From contig CAJXKW010000002.1 of assembly GCA_913055855.1 (NCBI GenBank), positions 9,150 to 73,149 of the forward strand: DNA of 64,000 nt, read 5' to 3'. The DNA is from an uncultured Limimonas sp. GTDB taxonomy: Bacteria > Pseudomonadota > Alphaproteobacteria > Kiloniellales > Rhodovibrionaceae. Both the position numbers and the translations under genes were made by a program. Positions 18,301 through 26,132 of the stretch are shown here, one piece after another. The notes beneath the pieces were generated by a model. That model was not told where the DNA came from, searched no databases, and was given only the letters and a program-made list of their open reading frames with translations. Position 1 is the first letter of the stretch; each line of letters begins with the position of its first letter.

Positions 18301-21156
18301 CTCTACGCCCAGGGCGCCGTCCAGGCTCGCCGTCGCCTTGCCCTTGGGCGCCGCCAGCCGGACGAAGACGCTGCCCAATCCCGCCTTGGGCGCCGGGACA
18401 CCGAGTTCGTTGATGCGCGCCAGCGGAATGGGCGTGGACTGTACGGTGATTTCGCTCCAGTCCGCGCCGTAGCGCCCGCGCGCGTTGAACCTGGCGAGAT
18501 CGGCGAGCTGGATCCGGCCGTCCAGCATCAGGCCCGGCTTCTCCGATTCCGGCGTCAGCCGGAGGTCCACCGACACCGTCGGCTGCCCCGACGGTCCTAG
18601 GCGCGCATCGACCCCGCCCTTTGCGCCCGTCCAGCGCGCGGTGGCGCGGAAGGGCGCGCGGTTCCGGCCGTGCGCGGGCATCTCGATGCCGGGCAGGACG
18701 GCGACGGATTCCGGCGGCGCGGGGACGCTCGCCGGCGGAGTCAGGGCCACGGCGTCGCCCTCGGCATGGGCGCGCACGGCGAGGTCGCGGCGCAGGTCGC
18801 CGAGCCCGCCCCCCTGCGCGTCCGCGGTGACGGTCACGTCGACCGGGCCGTGCCACGCCCCGCGCGGCAGCTCGGGGTCCAGTCCCGTGGCCACGAGCGC
18901 GGCGGCCATGCGCAGATCGTCCTCGCCCGATGCCGGCGCGAGGTAGCCGGCGCCGGTCACCGCGCCCCCGCGCAGCCGGGCCCGGCGCAGGTCCAGGTCG
19001 AGCGCGCCCCGGCGCGCCGCGGCATCGAGCTTCACCGCCTTGAGGGGCGGCCGTCCAGGCAGGGTGACCGTGTCGGCCGCAAGCCGCACCGAGACGTCAA
19101 GCGCCGCGAGGCGTTCCAGCACCGCCGCCGGATGGCGCAACCGCCCCGGCTTCCCGGCATTTTCCGCGCCAGGGGCGGACGCGGACGCCGCCCCGTTGTC
19201 GCCGTCGGCGCCGCCGGCGTCGGTCTGCCCGCTGTCCAGGTACGGCCCCAGCGCGAGGGTCTCCGTCCGGAGCGCCAGATGCGCGCCGTCCAGCGGGGTA
19301 GCGCGCGGGATCGTCCCGGCGCCGGTGAGCTTCGTCTCGCCCAGGCGCAGCACGGCGTCGCGCAGGCGGAGGGTGTCCGCCTGCGCCCCCGGAACGAGTT
19401 CGCCCGCCACGCGCAACGGCTGCGCGGCCACGGCGGCCGGGGCGGCGGCGCCGAGCAGGTCGGCGACGCGCGCGACGTCGAGGGAGATCTCGGCCTGGGC
19501 GCCAGCGGTGCTGTCCCAGCCGGCGTCGAGGCGCAGCTCCGCGTCGTTCCGCGTCGCCGTGAGGTGGCCGCCCAGGCTGCGCCCGCGGCCGCGGATCAGC
19601 GGCGCGAGCGGCGCCATCTGGCCGGAAAGCTGCACCGTGCCCAGCCGCGGCGCCTCCAGCTCGCCGGCGATGTCCGCGGGGCGCGTCAGCGCGTCGGTCT
19701 GCAGCGTGAAGCCGCGCAGGGTCGCTTTTCCGCCGGTATGGGCCAGTTCCGGCGCGGCGATCCGGAGGGCACCGTCCAGGCTTTCGCGCAGCGCCCGGCG
19801 CGTGGCGCCCGTCCCGGTCACCTCGGCGGTGGCATCGACGCGGCCCTTCGCGCGCGCGGTGAACGCCGCCGCCGCGAGCCCTTCGCCCGCGAGCGACGCC
19901 CGGAGCTTCAGGCCGTCCGTTTCCGCCGGCGCGCGCACGGCCGCTTCGGCGTCCAGTTTGCCCTGCGCCCAGGGGCCAGCCCAGGTGACCTTGAGCGCCT
20001 TCTTGTCCATGGTCACCCGCGCGGTGCTGCCGGGAAGGCCGGGCAGCCGTCCGGGCGCGGCGAGGTCGGGCAGGTTCAGGGCCACATCGACGTCGGCGGC
20101 GCCGACCCACCCGGTGGGCAACCGGCGTGCATTTCGCCTCCCGTCCCGGGTGCCGGCGTCGCCGCCGTCCTTGCCGGCGCCGGATCCGAGCGCCCGGCGC
20201 AGGCGCGACGGTTGGAGCCGGTCGAGCGTGATCTCCCCCGTGATCCCGGCCCGTTCCGCGGCGTCGATGTCCAGATCGCCGTGAGCGCGCAGCGCCTTTC
20301 CGGCATCCAGTTCGAGGTTGCTCAGCGCCGCCTGCCGGCCTTCGACCCGGGCATCCGCGGTGATCGTGAGCGGCGCGCCGCCGGGGAGCGCCGCGAGCTT
20401 GCCGTCGAGTTCGCCGGACAGGCGCAGGGTTTCGCCGCCGCCCATGGTGCCGTCGAAGGTCAGCCGGCTTTCGGCGTTGCGCAGCGTAGCCTTCACCGCA
20501 CGCCGGCCGTCGGGATCGGCGGCGGTGGCCACGGCCGCGTCCACGGCAAAGGGAACGCCGGCGAGGGTGAGCTGGGCGCTGAACGCGACGGCGTTCTCGG
20601 GGGCACCGTCCGTGGCACCCTCGGCGCCGGCCGAAGGGGCGTCTTCCGCCGCCGGCTTCGACGCCGCCCGGCCCCCGTTTCCGCCCGGCGTCGCGGCGGC
20701 GAGCTGGATCGCGTGCGCGGCCAGGGCCGGCCGGTGCGTCCCGGCCCGCGGCCCCTGAAGCCGGCCACCATCGACGGCGACCGCGCCGGCCCAGGCGACC
20801 GGATCGCGTTCGCCGCGCCAGAGCATGCCCCAGCAATCGCCGCTCATGCGCACGCGCTTGGCCGCGAGCCGCATCGCCGGCCCGCCGGCGCCGCTTTCCA
20901 GCTCCGCCCGCGGCGCCGCGAGCGTCAGGGCGAAGTCCGCGTCGAAGCGCGCCCCGGCGACGTCCACGCGTTCGACCGGCAGCACCATCGGCCCCACGGT
21001 TTCCACCGCACGTGCGGTGACCGCGGGCACCGTGGCCACGGCGGCGACCCCGCCGCCGAGGGCAACGAAAAGCCCCGTGCCCAGGCCCAGGCCCCAGCGC
21101 AGCGGCCTAGACGCTTTGTTCGGCGAGCCGTTCGAGGAGGGATCGGGCTGTGACAT
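15325..21156 (-). CDS. giant AsmA-family (YhdP/TamB-like) envelope protein, about 1943 aa
   Basis: There is a single N-terminal TM anchor (WGLGLGTGLFVALGGGVAAVATV). A long Ala/Gly/Leu/Arg-rich beta-type body follows. The C-terminus (LRMQGRDIDVRDARLLP...PLRIGGTLEKVSVEI) resembles the AsmA_2/DUF3971 ends. The start is either 21156 (ATG) or 21180. Confidence 0.5.
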   Translation of the reverse strand: MSQPDPSSNGSPNKASRPLRWGLGLGTGLFVALGGGVAAVATVPAVTARAVETVGPMVLPVERVDVAGARFDADFALTLAAPRAELESGAGGPAMRLAAKRVRMSGDCWGMLWRGERDPVAWAGAVAVDGGRLQGPRAGTHRPALAAHAIQLAAATPGGNGGRAASKPAAEDAPSAGAEGATDGAPENAVAFSAQLTLAGVPFAVDAAVATAADPDGRRAVKATLRNAESRLTFDGTMGGGETLRLSGELDGKLAALPGGAPLTITADARVEGRQAALSNLELDAGKALRAHGDLDIDAAERAGITGEITLDRLQPSRLRRALGSGAGKDGGDAGTRDGRRNARRLPTGWVGAADVDVALNLPDLAAPGRLPGLPGSTARVTMDKKALKVTWAGPWAQGKLDAEAAVRAPAETDGLKLRASLAGEGLAAAAFTARAKGRVDATAEVTGTGATRRALRESLDGALRIAAPELAHTGGKATLRGFTLQTDALTRPADIAGELEAPRLGTVQLSGQMAPLAPLIRGRGRSLGGHLTATRNDAELRLDAGWDSTAGAQAEISLDVARVADLLGAAAPAAVAAQPLRVAGELVPGAQADTLRLRDAVLRLGETKLTGAGTIPRATPLDGAHLALRTETLALGPYLDSGQTDAGGADGDNGAASASAPGAENAGKPGRLRHPAAVLERLAALDVSVRLAADTVTLPGRPPLKAVKLDAAARRGALDLDLRRARLRGGAVTGAGYLAPASGEDDLRMAAALVATGLDPELPRGAWHGPVDVTVTADAQGGGLGDLRRDLAVRAHAEGDAVALTPPASVPAPPESVAVLPGIEMPAHGRNRAPFRATARWTGAKGGVDARLGPSGQPTVSVDLRLTPESEKPGLMLDGRIQLADLARFNARGRYGADWSEITVQSTPIPLARINELGVPAPKAGLGSVFVRLAAPKGKATASLDGALGVEGVRTRGPAPYDRIANADLELGATFAPDAATTLSGKVRVEGTHWAAISGEIGESGLDARLETVEPVPLDALVPAEAPATLGGTAQLTVDARRAGDGGTELAWQASATNGFLRYPGLREAVGVQGAKGTARIARGGLSYEGSLTTDPARIAVTFAPTANTQGPAGEQADAGAPESAGDHTLRLALAEAAPLSDFAALVPITKVPRQSRRVVSAQLRRGAVETLALRTTCPGQHPLVCLRKLGDGRALAADLRLADLRLRPVAGSRPVALDGLTARLREGTLTAELAAAEGDGAADGGKAGADTPASAIRKGRVEVQELFGAKPVASGRLRARLALSDLIAWAERRGRDIRDRLNLASAEGTVMLTAEGTRRFGTPAQTGEVTAEVVEAALKREDGGRVDLRGGTARLDWAEDGTLTGDLALERVGAKGWQASGEVALAADSGAPAKLRPTAVDLAGRFAPAFAERLGVDKLAWSDDAIGVTWQGEADATGRLAGEVALDGGDACLSWEMAAGPFDIKRCAKEALTGTAKLAVMPGARTWSVETGGLRLGDRILIADIDARGRLQPLEARATVDLAKIPLSWVRERAPQGWLPAIEGAVGGTVEIAWPLDWDAELNLGGLRTPGLLPAMDPAQGRVTASPRRVDASLATPSLGPDVGELNLEVTTQRRGAAGPRTHGRIALQRADARNILGARKPRADETAAEGAAGGAAGDADEPGLAAAWTRLDKRLQRLPVPRLPGQGHLRLRSTDIRVAGRKGPRTAGLDGALTWTDTRTRLAAEVAEQGAAADERTILLSTLATVRTDPNLISPRASLEASTSAIALDDLWRTVTGRGPDLNGRLEADLSLAGRWRDGIDALTGQLRMQGRDIDVRDARLLPAMFAAAKDRPEGDILDELRMDRVVARVMLRDGKLTADPLFAETPLGLAFAVLEVTPAEGKLAGRGSIKPLDSLTDWVNAIPVIGKTAQSVAETMEMPLRIGGTLEKVSVEIDEGETG

Positions 21157-23728
21157 CGCTCTCGTCCAGTTCGAGCGCACGCTTCAGGGCCTTCCGCGCG
21201 GCGTCGTCGCGGCCCTGGCGCATCAGGATCATGCCATGCGTCCGGTGGAAATTGACGGACATGGGGTTGGCCTCGACCGCCGCCTTGGCGGCCGCGGCGG
21301 CTTTCTCGATCCGGCCGTCCTCGAAGTAGAGCAGCGCCAGGGCGTATTGCAGCGACGGGTTGCCCTTGGCCTTCTCGCGTAGCGGTGCCAGAAGCTTCAG
21401 CGCCTTGTTGTTGGCCCCGTCCTTCCAGGCGCCGATGCCGCGCTGGAGCCGTTGCACCGTGGTTTGCGCCACCCCGTCCGGATCGCCGACCGGTGTGCCG
21501 CTGCCACCGGACGCGCCGCTGCCCGCGCCGGCATCACGGCCGCCGGATCCGCCGCTACCGGCGGCGTTGCCGCCGCTGGCGGAGGCCTTGCGCACCGGCC
21601 CTTCCGGCGCAACCGCTTGTCCGCCGGGCGGCGGCGCGTCGAGCACCGGCTTGAACCTCACCGGGCCGGTCAGACGATCCTTGATCGCGGCGACCCGTGT
21701 GGCCCCCCACCAGTTGCGCGAGGCCTCCACAATGCTGCTGCGCATGCCGCCGGCGACCTGCACGGCCGTGGGCGCGCCCTTGGCGAAGTCGTTCTCGCGC
21801 AGCAGCGGTGCCGCAGCATCGAGGGCGACGTCGACCCGGCTGTTCAGGCGGAACGTGTTCCCCACGACCTTGGGGTCGGCGGCCGCGACCTTCATCCCGA
21901 CCGCGTTGTTGCGCAGCGTGCTCCCCGCGAGCTTGGGATAGGCGTTGTTCTCGACGGCAAGCCCGACGGTGTTGCCCGTGAGCGTCGCACGGCGGATCCG
22001 CGGATCGGCATTTTTCACCGTGATGCCGGTCGCCGCGCCGGTCACTTCGACGTGGCGCAGCCGCGAGGGCGCGCCCGCCCCGGCAACGATGGCGACGCCC
22101 TTCCAGGAATCGGCCTCGCCGCGCGGCTTGAAGCGGATGGGCCGGTCCGCCCGCCCCTCGGCGATCAAACGCCCGCGCACCTTCAGGCGGCCCGCCGCTT
22201 TGGCGGCGATGGTCGTGCCCGGCTGGATCGTCAGTTCCACACCCCGGGGGACGGTCACCGGCCCGTCGAGCACGTAGGGCGAGGCGCCGGCCAGCCACGT
22301 GGTATCGGACTCGATCGTTTCGGGCACCTTGGTCGGCCCCGGCTCGACCGCGTGCACGGCATGGGCCTCACCCGTCGGGGAAAGCTGGTCCGCGCGGTCG
22401 CGCGCCCGGACGCGATAGTAGCCCACGGGGGCGAGCGGATCGGGGTCGATGAAGCGTTGTTTCTTCGTGGTGCCCACGCGTTCGAAGCCATCCAGCGCGC
22501 TCGGGCTGCGCTCGACCACGTAGCCGGTAACGTCCGGCGCATCCGCCGCGTCCCACGCCAGGCGCACCTTTCCGTCGGTGTAGCGCGTGCGCATCCCGCC
22601 CGGCCGGGCGGGCCGCTCGGCGTCGATGCCGACGCGCCCGCCCGGGAACAGGGCATCCAGTTCATACCCGTCGGCGTCCGCACCTGTTACGCGCACCGCG
22701 CTGCGCGGACACCGTTCAGCCCCGGCGAGGTCGCGCTCGGCGACGTAGACGTAGGGCGCACTGTCCTGTGCCGGTTCGCGCGGCGTCAGGGGAATGCGCA
22801 GGTCGTCGCACAGGGTTACCGACCCGCGGGTCAGCGGCTTGTCGGTGTGCACCTCGAAGGTGACCGTCTGGCGCGTGCCCAGCCACGGCCCGGACGGCTG
22901 CATGCCCGCCTTGAGCAGCTCCGGCCCGAAGTGTTCCGGCGCGTCCTCCGGCGCGGGGATCGCGTCGACGAGTTCGCGTGCGAGCCGGTCGATGACCACG
23001 AGGCGGTTGCTCTCGTTGAGACTGGTCAGGGACTTGAGCACCTGGAACGCCGTGCCAACGGGATCCAGGGTGAAGCCGCCGTGGTGCCCGCGGGCGACGT
23101 GCTTGCCGCGCCAGCGCGGACAGCCGCTGGCCACGTCGAGCATGCGCAGGTCGACCTCGACGGAGATCTGCGAGTACGCCACCAGAAAGAGCTGGTCCAC
23201 GCCCTTGACGCGTCCGAGCACCACGGCGTCCGCGCCCACGGCGCGCCCGATTTTCAGCGCCGTGGCCTTGTCGATCCGGTCGCCGGGTTGGAGGTCCTTG
23301 CCCGGAAGGTTCTTGAGCGCGTCGATCACCGCGGCGCGCTCGACATCGCCGAAGGGAAGCTGGCTCAGCCGGTTGCGGAACGCGGCCGTGACCAGGTAGC
23401 TCGCGCGCTCGGGCTCGGCGCCGCCGGTGAATTCCTTCTCCGTCGGCCAGAACGGAAGCACCGCAACCTGCTGCGGCGGCTTCGCGCGCATCCGGCTGTC
23501 CGACCACGCGCGCGCGCCGCTCTCGCGCTCAACGAGCTGAACCGAAGGACAGCCGCCCTTGCGCGCCTGAAGATCCGACACGCTCTCCGCGCCTTCCGCG
23601 CGATCCGGCGTGCCCGTCCCGCCGGCGCCGGGCGCCTGATGGCCCGAGGTCACGCACCCCGCCAGGACGAGCGCAAGCGCCGCCGCGCAGACGGACAAGC
23701 GACGCACCGGGCGCGCACCCTGCACCAT
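21107..23728 (-). CDS. multidomain lipoprotein: DUF799/LpoB/CsgG-like module + Ig/FN3 + right-handed parallel beta-helix (PbH1) + TPR
   Basis: The lipobox is LVLAGC after ATG 23728, with an AAGGAGA SD. VAVLPFWP...GADAVVLGRV...LRMLDVASG is the DUF799/LpoB-type module. VRLAWDAADAPDVTGYVVERS...YYRVRA is FN3. The repeated GNTVGLAVENN/NNAVGMKV turns are beta-helix. The C-terminus has TPRs (ALALLYFEDGRIEKA...). Confidence 0.55.
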   Translation of the reverse strand: MVQGARPVRRLSVCAAALALVLAGCVTSGHQAPGAGGTGTPDRAEGAESVSDLQARKGGCPSVQLVERESGARAWSDSRMRAKPPQQVAVLPFWPTEKEFTGGAEPERASYLVTAAFRNRLSQLPFGDVERAAVIDALKNLPGKDLQPGDRIDKATALKIGRAVGADAVVLGRVKGVDQLFLVAYSQISVEVDLRMLDVASGCPRWRGKHVARGHHGGFTLDPVGTAFQVLKSLTSLNESNRLVVIDRLARELVDAIPAPEDAPEHFGPELLKAGMQPSGPWLGTRQTVTFEVHTDKPLTRGSVTLCDDLRIPLTPREPAQDSAPYVYVAERDLAGAERCPRSAVRVTGADADGYELDALFPGGRVGIDAERPARPGGMRTRYTDGKVRLAWDAADAPDVTGYVVERSPSALDGFERVGTTKKQRFIDPDPLAPVGYYRVRARDRADQLSPTGEAHAVHAVEPGPTKVPETIESDTTWLAGASPYVLDGPVTVPRGVELTIQPGTTIAAKAAGRLKVRGRLIAEGRADRPIRFKPRGEADSWKGVAIVAGAGAPSRLRHVEVTGAATGITVKNADPRIRRATLTGNTVGLAVENNAYPKLAGSTLRNNAVGMKVAAADPKVVGNTFRLNSRVDVALDAAAPLLRENDFAKGAPTAVQVAGGMRSSIVEASRNWWGATRVAAIKDRLTGPVRFKPVLDAPPPGGQAVAPEGPVRKASASGGNAAGSGGSGGRDAGAGSGASGGSGTPVGDPDGVAQTTVQRLQRGIGAWKDGANNKALKLLAPLREKAKGNPSLQYALALLYFEDGRIEKAAAAAKAAVEANPMSVNFHRTHGMILMRQGRDDAARKALKRALELDESDVTARSLLERLAEQSV

Positions 23729-23771
23729 GCCCCGTCTCCTTCGTGCTCGGCCGGTCGCGGCCCAACCCGCG

Positions 23772-24950
23772 TCAGCCCGGCCCCATATCGCGATAGCGCC
23801 GCCGATCGCGGACGACGCGCTTGAGGTAGTGTTTGGTCTCCGCATAAGGCAGATCGGCACGCAGGCGGTGATAGACCTGTTGCGGGTTCATCCGGTTGAT
23901 CTGCCGTGCCGCCGCCGAGACGTTGGTGTCCCCGGTAAACGTCTTGGCCACGTTCCCGGCCCCCGTGTTGTAGGCGGCGATGGCACAGTATTCCCGGCTT
24001 TCCCGGTCGCGCACCGGCTCCAGATAGCGCGCCATCAGGATGTGCAGATAAGCGCTGCCCAGCTCGACATTCTGCTCGGGCTCGAAGAGGTATTCGGGTG
24101 AGGGCGCCCGGTCCTTGCCCTTGACGAACTTGTAGGCATCGCGCCCGCCGGTCGCGGGCACGATCTGCATCAGTCCGAACGCGGGAATGTGGCTCTGCGC
24201 GCGCGGGTTGAAGGAACTCTCGTTCTTCATGATGGAAAGCAGCAGCGCGGTATCCACCATGTATTTGCGCGCATACGCCTTGGCCAGCGGCGCCACGCGC
24301 TCCGCCGAAAGCCGCTTGTGGTCGGGGAGCATCGGGATGGTCACGCGCCCGACCTTGTGTTGGCGCCCCTTCGAGTCCGTCACCGTCCGGGTGTCGAAAT
24401 CGGGCTCGGCATCTTTGTCGGCGAGACGGCCCAGCTCGGCCTCGCGGCTGGCCGCCTTCTGCCCGCCCCCGCTGACGGCCTTGTCGCCGGCCTCCCGCGC
24501 CTTCCGGTCGACGTAATCGCCCACCACGTCCTGCTGGTCGAGTTCCCGGGAACTCGCCCCCAGGGTTTCGTTGAGCGTGCGCTTGAGCGCGTCCCGGTCG
24601 GTTGTTTCCTGCGCCTCGACCGTGATCGTGCCGTCTTCGTAATCCACGATAACGCGCCGACCACGATCGTCGGTATAGCCGACCCAGGTGTGCTTCGACG
24701 GCATTTTCGCCGCCTCGCCCCAGCGCTTTTGCAGATCGCGCTTCATCGCCTTGAACGCCTGGTCGATGGCGCGGTCCATGGCGGCGAAGCGGGCGTCCAT
24801 CCGCGCGTCGAACGCCTCGAACTCCTTGTCGATCTCCTCGCCGAAGGATTCGAAGCTGTCGTCGTCGAGCAGGTCGGCCCGGCCCGGCCGCGCGCCCGCC
24901 GTCAGCAATGTGGCGGCAGACAGGCCGGTGAGCAGCGTCCGGCGGTTCAT
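23772..24950 (-). CDS. MltC-like lytic murein transglycosylase (DUF3393-like N-domain + SLT domain)
   Basis: LLLSIMKNESSFNPRAQSHIPAFGLMQIVPATGGRDAY...AIAAYNTGAGNV carries the SLT catalytic Glu-Ser motif. The N-terminus has an RRTLL Tat-like signal. Confidence 0.75.
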   Translation of the reverse strand: MNRRTLLTGLSAATLLTAGARPGRADLLDDDSFESFGEEIDKEFEAFDARMDARFAAMDRAIDQAFKAMKRDLQKRWGEAAKMPSKHTWVGYTDDRGRRVIVDYEDGTITVEAQETTDRDALKRTLNETLGASSRELDQQDVVGDYVDRKAREAGDKAVSGGGQKAASREAELGRLADKDAEPDFDTRTVTDSKGRQHKVGRVTIPMLPDHKRLSAERVAPLAKAYARKYMVDTALLLSIMKNESSFNPRAQSHIPAFGLMQIVPATGGRDAYKFVKGKDRAPSPEYLFEPEQNVELGSAYLHILMARYLEPVRDRESREYCAIAAYNTGAGNVAKTFTGDTNVSAAARQINRMNPQQVYHRLRADLPYAETKHYLKRVVRDRRRYRDMGPG

Positions 24951-24957
24951 GACCACC

Positions 24958-26100
24958 TCACCCGTGCTGTGCCACCGCGACTTTGGCTTGCTTGAGCACG
25001 CCCGACTGCCCGTTGGCAGCGCGCAGGACGGCCGCGTCGGCGTTGGAGATCACGATCTGGCCGTCCGAGGTGACCCGCTGAACCGCCACGACGTAGGGCT
25101 GTTTCCCCATCATGTTCAGCGACTTCGCCTGCTGGACGTTCGTCGTGTATTGCAGCGGCCCCCGCTTGAACAGCGCCGCCTTCTCGACCTTCGCGTTCTC
25201 GTAGACGACGTTACCGTTCTCGTCGCGCACCGTCGGCGACAGGCTCGGCGTGTACTGGAAGGCACCGCGCAGGTTGAGGATCACGCCCGTGGCCTTCTGC
25301 GCCTTGTCGGCGAGGTTGCCGCTCTCCGCCGAGACAGCCTGGACGTTGTCGCTGCCGCCCGAACCGGCGCCGCCGCCGGTCACGGCCCCGGTGCCGTCGC
25401 CCGGCGTCTGGCCGCCGGCGCCGCTGCCGCCGCGCTTCGAGCGGCCGTCGCTCCCGGCGTTGCCGCCCTGTGTCCCGCCATCCGTGCTGCCGCGCTCATT
25501 CTTCTGCAGCACGGGCTGCATTTGCTGGTACAGGCCGGCGCCGCCGCCGCCGTGCTGCTGACAGGCCTTGGCGAAGTTCTCCATGCACACGCGCAGGGTT
25601 ACCTTCGCCTTTGGGAAGCGCTTGCCGCTGCCGTAGCTGCCGCCCGAGACCCACTCGACGGACTTGTCGACCGTCACGGCCCCCTGAACGCTGCCCTTGG
25701 CCTTGCTCTCGATGAGCTGCTTGTTCAGGCTCGCGTCCTCGACCACGCTGCGGCTGCGGATCGCCACGCCGGAAATCAGCTTGACCAGCCGCGCCTGCGC
25801 CACGACGCGCGCGGCCTGAAGCGCCATGGCCTCGGCCTGGACCGGGTTCTCCTTGGGCTCGCTGGTGCCGATGCCCGTCGCCTGCAGAAAGCCGCGTTGC
25901 CAGTTCTCGACGGAGCGGCCCTGCTGCGTCTCGGACGTGCGGGTGAATGCGCCCTGGGATTGCGCGTGCGCCGCCGCTGGCATCACCACGGCCGCAACGG
26001 CGGCGACCAGAAGCACACGCGGCATGCCGCGGCGCTGCAGGGCCTGGCCGGCGGACTGGCCGGACGCCGGGCGGGTGCGGCGCGGGGCGTGTCGAAACAT
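24958..26100 (-). CDS. secreted LPP20/FlgP-like domain protein with a long Gly/Ser/Thr linker and an unassigned C-domain
   Basis: FLQATGIGTSEPKENPVQAEAMALQAARVVAQARLVKLISGVAIRSRSVVED follows the LPP20 pattern. An approximately 90-aa G-rich linker follows. The start ATG at 26100 has a GGAGAGG SD. Confidence 0.5.
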   Translation of the reverse strand: MFRHAPRRTRPASGQSAGQALQRRGMPRVLLVAAVAAVVMPAAAHAQSQGAFTRTSETQQGRSVENWQRGFLQATGIGTSEPKENPVQAEAMALQAARVVAQARLVKLISGVAIRSRSVVEDASLNKQLIESKAKGSVQGAVTVDKSVEWVSGGSYGSGKRFPKAKVTLRVCMENFAKACQQHGGGGAGLYQQMQPVLQKNERGSTDGGTQGGNAGSDGRSKRGGSGAGGQTPGDGTGAVTGGGAGSGGSDNVQAVSAESGNLADKAQKATGVILNLRGAFQYTPSLSPTVRDENGNVVYENAKVEKAALFKRGPLQYTTNVQQAKSLNMMGKQPYVVAVQRVTSDGQIVISNADAAVLRAANGQSGVLKQAKVAVAQHG

Positions 26101-26132
26101 GGGCAAAACCTCTCCTCTCGCTTGGCGCATCT

